Positions 50,551 through 58,912 of a stretch of 64,000 nt of DNA are shown here, in pieces. Below the pieces are notes generated by a model. That model was not told the DNA's origin and did no database searches. It worked only from the letters and a program-made list of their open reading frames with translations. The stretch comes from a virus: the IMG/VR virus record IMGVR_UViG_3300002916_000001, positions 1-64,000 of that record; one strand, given 5' to 3'. The translations under genes were made by a program, and so were the position numbers. Within the stretch, counting starts at the first letter, position 1. Each line of letters opens with the position of its first letter.

Positions 50551-52074
50551 ATGAAAAAAATGCTTGATTGGTTGACACACCTGCTCTGGATATCAGAGGG
50601 GATCTTCCTAGCAGCGTCAACCCCGCATATCGCAACGTACTTTGCCCATTTTGATAATCCCACCGACTTCTGGGGAACGATCTATGCCTGGGGCGTCGGC
50701 TATGGGCTTGCACTGACGATCGATGGAGTCTCGTTTGTTGTTCTCATGAGTTTGATAGTCGCGATTAAATACAAAAGATCAGGATTGCTGGTCACGTTTC
50801 TGGTGTGCGCTCTCCTTCTTATATCGGGGCTCTCATGGTTTATTAACTGGCAGTATAACATCGTTTTCGCGTCGTCTATGTTTGCCAAAGCAGATGGCAT
50901 TATCACTTTTAACGGATTGTCAATCGGCACGCTTAATCCGATTATAGGCGGGGCATTCCCATTGTTAAGCGTCCTTTATGCGCTCGTTGCTAAAGCGATA
51001 GAAGTAGATGAAGGAGCACTTATAAAGACGGCAATGACGCCTGAACAATTTGAGAATGAAAAGTTACGATTGGCTCAAGAGCAGGAATTGAAATCGTTAA
51101 AAGCCAGTCAAGGGAGCGGCAAGGGCTTGCTATCCTTGGCTCAAGAGACAGTTATGGGCAAGTCAAGAGACGCCGATGAATTGCTCAATCTCACGTTAAG
51201 CTATCTTCGGGACGCCCGTGAATTGCTCCTTATTGAATCTGAAGAACGCGCTCTAGAAGCTCTTTCAAGGCACCTTAAAATCAATGCAAAAACAACGCTT
51301 CCATTGCTTATCCAGGCCCGGTCAATCATCGATAAAGAGGATCATGAGGAGCGAATGAGACGGGATAAAGCCGATCGTGAGGAGAGATTAAGGCAAGAGA
51401 AAGTCGAAGAAGAGCGAAGATTGGAGCAATCAAGACGCGAGGAAGAAGAGCGATTGAACCGAGAGAAAGCAGAGCATGAAGCAGGGATGGAACGCTTAAG
51501 ACTTGAGCAAGAGGCAACCATAGAGCAAGCAAGACTTGAACATGAGCGAACCATGGCACGTTTACAAGTTGATCGTGAAGAGAGAGAAAGGCTCGCAAAA
51601 GAATCTGAAGATGCCAGAGTAAGACGGGATAAAGCCGATCGTGAAGAGAGGTTAAGACTTGCAAGAGAGGCTGAAGAACTGCGATTGAAACGTGAAAGGG
51701 CAGTGCAAGAGGAGCGAAGATTGGAGCAAACAAAATCTGAGATTGAGGAAGTCAATCCACAATCAAAAGAGACGCAGGTTGACCTTCTAGAAGGCTTGCA
51801 GGGTAACGACACTGTACCCCTTGAAACCGTCGCTGAGATCCTTGGCTACGACGCACGCTATGTTACACGACTACGCAATGAAGGCAAATTGAAACATACC
51901 TCAAAGCGCCCTGACCGTATCACGGTTGCGTCCTTGCGTGTATATCAGGCCAATCACAAACGCCGCGCTTCAAGTGCCAGTCGACCGGAAAGAGATGCCG
52001 ATCCCTTGACAGTAACAAATGGACACAAAAGAGTTACCCAGCCCTTGGATAACTTAGTAAGAATGGAGGTTTAG
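50551..52074 (+). CDS. Membrane + coiled-coil + HTH protein (Spd/DUF2637-like)
   Basis: Four N-terminal TMs, ER-rich coiled coil, VAEILGYDARYVTRL. Confidence 0.7.
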   Translation: MKKMLDWLTHLLWISEGIFLAASTPHIATYFAHFDNPTDFWGTIYAWGVGYGLALTIDGVSFVVLMSLIVAIKYKRSGLLVTFLVCALLLISGLSWFINWQYNIVFASSMFAKADGIITFNGLSIGTLNPIIGGAFPLLSVLYALVAKAIEVDEGALIKTAMTPEQFENEKLRLAQEQELKSLKASQGSGKGLLSLAQETVMGKSRDADELLNLTLSYLRDARELLLIESEERALEALSRHLKINAKTTLPLLIQARSIIDKEDHEERMRRDKADREERLRQEKVEEERRLEQSRREEEERLNREKAEHEAGMERLRLEQEATIEQARLEHERTMARLQVDREERERLAKESEDARVRRDKADREERLRLAREAEELRLKRERAVQEERRLEQTKSEIEEVNPQSKETQVDLLEGLQGNDTVPLETVAEILGYDARYVTRLRNEGKLKHTSKRPDRITVASLRVYQANHKRRASSASRPERDADPLTVTNGHKRVTQPLDNLVRMEV

Positions 52075-53190
52075 ATGACCCAAGCATTCATAGCGGCTCG
52101 CTGTCAGCCAATGCCAGCTTTGAGATATCATTGATTATGGACAACGAACAACTCACCGCGCTCTATGGACCATCAACGAAATTCGCTGACCACAAGGAAG
52201 GCACTGAGATCAAATTCAAGGACATCACCGATGGCAGTGTGAAGCAGGGGACCATCCTGCATGTCAGGGCACCTGGCAAGGCAATCAGTGGCGGCAGTGA
52301 CCATCCAGTGCTTTACATTGTCGATTGCAATGAGGGCATGCCGATCCCTGTGGCACCCTCACAGATCGTCATCGGGGAGGCACCGAAGGCAGAGCCTTTC
52401 ACTGCCATCCTGGGAACCTATGGGCACGCTGACTCTCAGCTGCAAGGCAGGGGGCAGGCAGAAGATATGGTATGGCACTTGGACACCCGTGGAAACTATT
52501 GCATCGACACGGACCACGGCAAGCTCCGTGTGCTCAGTGCTCGCATTGAAGGCGATGATGAGCAGGGGAAAGTCATTGCAGAGGTCGAGGCAGTCGAGGA
52601 GAGTCACTGAAGTTCTGTGAGACGCAAAGGAGAGGGCAGGGACCGCATGGTATCCCTGCCCTTTTTGTTCTACTTCTTTATTTTCCACGCAAAGCTCTCG
52701 CACTGCCAAGGGTACTCAGGTAGATCCTTTGCCACGATGACCTTGCCAATACCTGGAATTGTGGCTGTACAGCCATCCTCACTACGATACACGGTAACCT
52801 TGTAGTAGGCATCCTTGTCATCAGGACACTCTACTAGCTCGTTTGGAAGCTTCTCTCTAGCCATTTCATTATCTCCTCTTGTTAGCTAACAGGATTGTCC
52901 GCAGACAACAATTTCATCCTTAACCACTTCATCCCTCAGCAGGCCTAAAAGTCCCTTGTTCCCTTCATCGATCATGTCTTGCAACTCTTCCTGTTTCCTT
53001 GCCCAAAAGATCGGGGCTCTCGATCCATCTGCCCACACGTCCCAAGCAATGAGTCCGTTGACTGCAATGGCCTGATAGGTGTAGGGACTGCCATGAAACA
53101 TGAATGTGCAAGGTTTCACTGAAAAGACTGAAAAGTCAGATTTGTTCATGATATTCTCCCTTTCGGGGAGGTTTCCCTCCCCTGCTATTC

Positions 53191-53634
53191 CTATAATTCC
53201 CGTGGGCTGTGCTTCATATGAGGTGCAACCGGTGCCCTCAGCATCCACACTGGGATGTTCCATCGCACTTCAATGGGTTCCACTGACTTCCCTGCCTGCT
53301 CCTCGATCTGTCGGCGATCCTCATTGGCTCTCAGCGCAAGAGCCTTGCGGTCCTCGATCGAGGATGCAATACTTGCACGCACATGCCAACATACCCCACT
53401 GCCGTGTTTTACGTTGTGCCATTTGTACTTGGCGCTTTTGCAGGTACATCCGAAGCCATGCTCTTTATCGTAGGTGACCTTGTGCTCAGTGGCGTCGTCG
53501 GTCTTTGAGAGCACCATGTAGAAGTACTCTTTAGTCTGATAATCCCAAACTTTGGAACATCGGGCTACCTCGTCGGCAGTGATGTCGGTGATATTCGTTG
53601 CCACCCAGGCGAGCGTTGCTGAAGCTTTGATCAT
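53191..53634 (-). CDS. SWIM zinc-finger protein
   Basis: CTC...CWH. Confidence 0.75.
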   Translation of the reverse strand: MIKASATLAWVATNITDITADEVARCSKVWDYQTKEYFYMVLSKTDDATEHKVTYDKEHGFGCTCKSAKYKWHNVKHGSGVCWHVRASIASSIEDRKALALRANEDRRQIEEQAGKSVEPIEVRWNIPVWMLRAPVAPHMKHSPREL

Positions 53635-53671
53635 TTTCGTGACTCCTTGAATGAATGTGTTTGTCTATGTA

Positions 53672-53773
53672 TTAATAATACACCATATAGTGCACTGTTG
53701 TCAATGCTTTTGAAGCCAATTTAAGCCCAATTTTGAAGACTTGACAGGAGTGACCTATATGGTGTATTATTAG
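53672..53773. promoter_or_regulatory. Mirror-image divergent promoters sharing an 18-bp operator-like sequence
   Basis: TTGACA-18-TATTAT on both strands, both containing CTATATGGTGTATTATTA. Confidence 0.8.
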
Positions 53774-53800
53774 CTTAGATCAAAGAAAGGATGAGGACCA

Positions 53801-54046
53801 GTGAAAAGTCATAACCTCAACAATTGGTACACCGCAGCTCAGGCAGCAATGCGGTTATCTAAAAATAGCGGAAGACCTATTGACCCTGCCTACGTTCGCA
53901 AGCTTGCACAGAAGGGCCTCATTGAAACATTGCCAATGGGAGCACGGTCAACACTGTATAGCAAGAAAGTCATCGATAACTATGTTGTCGAGGAACGCGG
54001 AGCAAAATTAGCAAGGGCAATGCAGCAGAAGAGGGAAAGTAAATAA
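53801..54046 (+). CDS. Small HTH DNA-binding protein
   Basis: YTAAQAAMRL....YVRKLAQKGLI. Confidence 0.75.
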   Translation: MKSHNLNNWYTAAQAAMRLSKNSGRPIDPAYVRKLAQKGLIETLPMGARSTLYSKKVIDNYVVEERGAKLARAMQQKRESK

Positions 54047-54130
54047 ATTACCCAAGAGTTTACCCAAGAAGAAGCCCCGCGTCTCACTGCCTGCGGGGCA
54101 TTTCTTTGCCCTCAATGTTACACAAGGCCT

Positions 54131-54871
54131 TCAATGAGCCACCTTGCTCAGATCCTGCTGCAATGCGTCCCAATTCAGGGCATTAGGGGCAATACCACCA
54201 TTAATGAAATCTTGTGAAAGAACTGCATAGCTCTCATCCATGTATCGGTCAGCAAATCGCCAGGTCATACGCTGTAAGGCTCCCCATGTGACCACAGTTA
54301 GATAGTGCGAGTCAAAGGCCACGACACTGCAAGCGTGTCCTCCCCAACTGCCAGGTGCGCCGCTCCCATGCAATCCCCACGACGGCACTGACCACACTGC
54401 CTGATTTTGCGCGGACAGTGGCAATGCGAGGCCGATGTAGCATCCACCAAACAGATACACTGCCGCCTTCACATGGGCGTGATTTCGCGGCTCACAGGCT
54501 GTGTAGGCGTCGATCTTATGCCCTGCTACTCCTGTCTTTCTCCAATAATTCAAGACGTCAAGTTCTACCGCCCCATCATCGTTCTCGCCGGTGATCGGAT
54601 TGTAGCCACTGACCGCGCTGTATGCAGCAATGATGTCATCGTCAGACGGCGTGATTTCAATGGAGGCATTGGATGTCCATGCCTGGACCATGTGACCAGC
54701 GCTGGCGCAGGTACAGTCTCCTATGGTCAGATTTCCCATAGCTCCCCACACAGGTACCTTCTTGCCCCAATCGTACTGCACTGGAATCGGAGGCAATTTG
54801 CCAATATCCAAATAGTTCGCCAGTTGCAATGTGCGCACGTCGTGTTTCGGTGCCAATTTCCCCAGTTTCAA
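54131..54871 (-). CDS. Papain-like cysteine peptidase family protein
   Basis: GDCTCA, GGHA, VVTWG motifs; probable TTG start. Confidence 0.6.
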   Translation of the reverse strand: MKLGKLAPKHDVRTLQLANYLDIGKLPPIPVQYDWGKKVPVWGAMGNLTIGDCTCASAGHMVQAWTSNASIEITPSDDDIIAAYSAVSGYNPITGENDDGAVELDVLNYWRKTGVAGHKIDAYTACEPRNHAHVKAAVYLFGGCYIGLALPLSAQNQAVWSVPSWGLHGSGAPGSWGGHACSVVAFDSHYLTVVTWGALQRMTWRFADRYMDESYAVLSQDFINGGIAPNALNWDALQQDLSKVAH

Positions 54872-55555
54872 AGCTCTCTTTCCTTCCACTCCCGCAGCGC
54901 CTCGTAGCTTTCCCTGACTCGCCAGGCATCCGCAAGGAGCAAGCCAATGAATACCCCGATAATGCTGAGAATAGCAATGACCACCCCAATAAGAAGCCCT
55001 GCAAGTGCAATGATTGCAGTCAACCCTGCCTCCATCGTGCCGCCCTGATCTCCATGGTCTCATCGCTCATCGGCGCTTTCCGATGCTTGTCGTGATACCA
55101 GCGCACTAGATCCCCTGTGCGCCTCAACTTCTTCAGATCGACGTCCAGTGCCCCGCATTGCACTGCCTCGACCTTCTCGGTTGTCGGCGTCTTTCCCTGA
55201 TTTTTCAATGCGGAGTCAATGGCACTCTCACTGATGCCATCGGTGTGCCGTTCCCTGGATACCATTGGATCATTGAGGTAAGTGCAGAGGATGTCCTGCA
55301 AGCGATCATCTGGCAATTGGGCGAGGAGCACGGGTAAGGAAGTAGGGGAAGAAGGCTCATCCTCGAATAAAAACGTGCGCATGCGTCGAAATAAACGACG
55401 AAATCCAAGCATTTCTTTGACCCTCCTAGAAATTCGAAGAATAGGCGAGGCCACTTCCGTGGAAGGCATGGTAAGGATTAGGAACCACGGAAGTGCTTGG
55501 ATGTCATCGTAGCACTGCACACAAGAAAATGTCAAGACTTGTTCTCAGTGAAAGG

Positions 55556-55921
55556 TCATCGCCCTGACTTCGATATTCCAGGACTGGCAGGGCCATCCGT
55601 CGCGTTCTTCACTGACCAAACGGTGCTCTCAAGGATTGTCCTCACAACGATAGGGTTAGGTGCAGGGAGCTCAAAGAAATCAGCAGCAGCATAGATGGCG
55701 TGCTCTGCTTCCTTGCGCTTCTCCTCTGGCGTGTAGTTCGCATATCTTTGTTCCACCATCTGCACGCCATGTTGCACAATGCCTTCAAGGATTGCCCGTT
55801 GCTTCTCAGGGAGGTTTTGCTCAAAGCGTTGCACGGTTTTCTGTTTCAGTGTCGCTGCCCAGTGCCATAGAAACGGGAATACGACGCCAATGACGCCAAG
55901 GATAAGTTCTTGAGTACTCAT
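55556..55921 (-). CDS. Phage holin (LL-H-like)
   Basis: Single N-terminal TM, VQMVEQ..EEKRKEA..ILESTV. Confidence 0.75.
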   Translation of the reverse strand: MSTQELILGVIGVVFPFLWHWAATLKQKTVQRFEQNLPEKQRAILEGIVQHGVQMVEQRYANYTPEEKRKEAEHAIYAAADFFELPAPNPIVVRTILESTVWSVKNATDGPASPGISKSGR

Positions 55922-56535
55922 GATGGTCTCTCTTTCTTCTGCTCTGCTTTCCTCTCCTGCCTATGCAGAAAGATCAGCAGAACCCAAAACGATATAAGTA
56001 AAAGGCCGATAGTAAGTTTGATCGTAAAAAACACCTGTGAGACAGCTTGCACACGATCTTGCCATAAATCAGCAACGCTTGCCATGGTCAGGTAGTATTG
56101 CTGGTTATGCTCCATGATGATCGATAATTGCGTTTCGTCGGGGTGCGCAAGGATATTCTTTGCAGCTGCATCGATTGCGCTGAAGTCGCCGCGCACCTGC
56201 AAGAGCAGCAATCGTACATCATCCGGTACACGATCCGGTAGTCCCAAGCTCGGGTCACCACTGAGCAGTCCTCGCTGTATCCGTTCCCAGCCTGGCAGTG
56301 TCACTTGCATCTCATTGACTGCCTGGCTATGCAACGAGGCATCGCCGCGCACAAGGATAATCGCGTTCTTGGCAATGCGCTCACTGAGTCCTCGCTGCTG
56401 AGAAGCGCGGCGCACCACATTGAGCGCATTATTCGGCATGAGTGGCAGTGAATCCGATACAATGCTGAGCAAGAGGAGGACAATGCCGCATACCGTGATA
56501 ACGCGGATAAGTGCAGATCGAAGTCTTTGCGACAT
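55918..56535 (-). CDS. Two-TM protein with PilJ/NarX-like extracellular sensor domain
   Basis: QQRGLSERIAK P-box-like motif between two TMs. Confidence 0.7.
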   Translation of the reverse strand: MSQRLRSALIRVITVCGIVLLLLSIVSDSLPLMPNNALNVVRRASQQRGLSERIAKNAIILVRGDASLHSQAVNEMQVTLPGWERIQRGLLSGDPSLGLPDRVPDDVRLLLLQVRGDFSAIDAAAKNILAHPDETQLSIIMEHNQQYYLTMASVADLWQDRVQAVSQVFFTIKLTIGLLLISFWVLLIFLHRQERKAEQKKERPS

Positions 56536-56536
56536 A

Positions 56537-56881
56537 CTACCCTCCCGGATGCGTGATGAAGTAGATGGCAACCGCAGTAACGATACTAATGACCGTGGCT
56601 ACAATGCCCCACAGCACCTTGATGATCAGTTTGTCCTGGCTTTCCTTCTGCTCTGTGAGCTTCTCTGTGAGCCTCGTATTGAGTCCAGTCACCTCCTTCT
56701 TCGTGTCTTGCAAGTCCCGCTCAATCCGTTCCACTGTTGAGCGAATTGACGCCAGCTGCAATTCACTCTCACGGGCAGGGACATACGATGCAAGCTGTGT
56801 TTGCAGATGTTGAATATCCCTCTCCAAGGCATTGATCCGGTACGCGATTGCCGTGGCGTCCATCGGCTGCTGTGATTGCAT
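56537..56881 (-). CDS. XhlA-like coiled-coil + TM lysis protein
   Basis: Coiled coil then C-terminal TM, next to the endolysin. Confidence 0.65.
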   Translation of the reverse strand: MQSQQPMDATAIAYRINALERDIQHLQTQLASYVPARESELQLASIRSTVERIERDLQDTKKEVTGLNTRLTEKLTEQKESQDKLIIKVLWGIVATVISIVTAVAIYFITHPGG

Positions 56882-56884
56882 GAC

Positions 56885-57979
56885 CTATCCCTGCAAATCT
56901 TTGACTGCCTGGACAATCTTTGCCTTCAGTACTGTGTTCTCTGAAGCCAGTGCGTTTTGTTGGAGTGCGGCGATTTGCTTCTTGAGCACATCGATCTGTC
57001 CTTGCTGATCGGAGACGCGAGGGTCTTGCCCAATGCCTTGGTCAATGTGACCAAGGTAGAATTGTCCCGTAGCACCGGGTGGATGGTCATTTGCGCGCGT
57101 TTCATCAAAAACGAGCACGACTCGTTCGAACCTTTGATAGACTACTCCAGGATTGCCGGGAACTCCAATAGGTCCGCTTATGGGCAATCCCATGTAACTG
57201 AGCCCACACAGCCCGCTATTGCCAAATGTCCGGTAGAATGTGAGTCCCCCGTGGTCTATCGTGTAGCCTGTTTGCTTACATCGCCACGCAGTATCATCGC
57301 CTTCGAAAAACTGCGAGATTACTGGATTATCCAATCCAATCATCATAGGTTGTTCCTCCTGTGGTTGTTGTGGCTTGACGCCTAAGAAAACATTGGCATC
57401 GACGGTTCCTGCAATTCCAGGGATATTTGTAGCTTTATCCGTGTATTGCAGTAATTCGTATTTTGTCCAAGGTGGCGGACAAGCCGGTCGTGCATCCGGT
57501 GTGAAATGCCAATCGGCTAGCCAGAGCGGATACTTTGCGAGGCGTGGATCTTGCAATCTCTGCTGGGCGTAGTAGCTAGATGCGTAGATACCCGGAAGCT
57601 TCCCACCATAATTGGCTTCCTGCTGAGCAAGCCAAGCGTACGCCCATCCGCTTGTAGATTGACTTACGCTCTCTTCAAGATCTAGGAGAAGCAGGTCTTG
57701 TGGTCTAACATTGCCTACTACCTGCCTTTGCCAATTGGCTTCTGCAACGCCGCTATTGTACTGCGGATACGAATAATGGTAGTACAGTATGCAGTCAATA
57801 CCAGCACTTAACGCGCCTGCTCTATACGCGTCAAAATGACCATCCTTATAGCCGTTGCCGTAGCTTGATCGCAGCGCAACACGACTTACACCGTCACTGC
57901 TAGCTGACCATGCCTTATACGCACGCCAATCTACATTTAATGGTTGATGTTCTGATATATCGATAAATTGCGGTGCCAC
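56885..57979 (-). CDS. GH25 muramidase endolysin
   Basis: IDISEHQ, YYHY, LDLEE, LWLADW, QYT, VDAN. Confidence 0.93.
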   Translation of the reverse strand: MAPQFIDISEHQPLNVDWRAYKAWSASSDGVSRVALRSSYGNGYKDGHFDAYRAGALSAGIDCILYYHYSYPQYNSGVAEANWQRQVVGNVRPQDLLLLDLEESVSQSTSGWAYAWLAQQEANYGGKLPGIYASSYYAQQRLQDPRLAKYPLWLADWHFTPDARPACPPPWTKYELLQYTDKATNIPGIAGTVDANVFLGVKPQQPQEEQPMMIGLDNPVISQFFEGDDTAWRCKQTGYTIDHGGLTFYRTFGNSGLCGLSYMGLPISGPIGVPGNPGVVYQRFERVVLVFDETRANDHPPGATGQFYLGHIDQGIGQDPRVSDQQGQIDVLKKQIAALQQNALASENTVLKAKIVQAVKDLQG

Positions 57980-58185
57980 TACTCGCCTCCCTCTAATGCA
58001 CTAATTTCAGCACAATGAACACAACGTCCGCCACGATTGCAATGACTGCCAGGATAAGCACAATGACCCCAAGGGCATTGTGACGATCAGCAGAGTACGG
58101 ACTCCCTGCCAACCAAAGCAGGATGACAAACAGATTAAGAATAGAAAGGAAATCGAATGTTATGAAAATGCTCATAGCGCCCTCC

Positions 58186-58527
58186 TCAAATCTTGCGGAT
58201 GCCGATGGTTACCGGCGCTGCATCGTCGTAGACCAGCGATCCAATCGTTGTACCTACAAAGATCTCAAAGATCTCGGTGCCTGGCTCATTGGATGCCAAT
58301 GCATAGGCCGTGGCTAGATCATTGGCGTGCAGGGTGTACACAACTTGCCCCGTGGCCGCATTGCCTGCCCCGAATGATCCTTGCCCCGTTGCCTTGAGCA
58401 GCGTTGTTACACTGCGAAAGATCAAGGTAAACGTCGCGCCCGCAAAGCCTGGCGGCACATTTCCCTGCTTGTCCTTGATCGTGAATGTCCACGGTGGTCC
58501 CGTCGTCGTTGTAAGAAAAGTCTGCAC
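58186..58527 (-). CDS. BppU N-terminal-like baseplate protein
   Basis: FTIKD...ATGQVVYTL..NDL..pattern. Confidence 0.55.
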   Translation of the reverse strand: MQTFLTTTTGPPWTFTIKDKQGNVPPGFAGATFTLIFRSVTTLLKATGQGSFGAGNAATGQVVYTLHANDLATAYALASNEPGTEIFEIFVGTTIGSLVYDDAAPVTIGIRKI

Positions 58528-58536
58528 ATGTCCTCC

Positions 58537-58905
58537 TCAGGATGTTTTTACGTTGAATCCAGTGCTCTGCACAGTTACGTTGAAATCACCGATTGGAATG
58601 GATAGATTAAATGAGACAGATGGTACCAATGCGCCGCCACTAAGACTGGCAAGAAGCGTGCTATATGCTGCAAATGTGACAGAGAGTGCAGTCTGCAAGG
58701 AAAACACACCGGATATCGATGCGTTGCCAGTGAGTGTCGCTGCAAGCGCAGTGGATATGCTCACGGTCCCTACTAGCGTTCCTTGCCCCGCCACGGTCAC
58801 TGCAAGAGAGACTTGTCCTGAGCTTTTGCTTACAGCATTCCCAAAAGCCATGTACAAAGTAGCTATAAATGGTTAACCCGTCTGAGTTGTAAAATATGTG
58901 TCCAT
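58537..58905 (-). pseudogene. Tail-associated gene with an in-frame TAA at codon 11
   Basis: GGAGG-ATG at 58905, MDTYFTTQTG*PFIATLYM..., N-terminus resembles that of 58186-58527. Confidence 0.6.
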
Positions 58906-58912
58906 AACCCTC

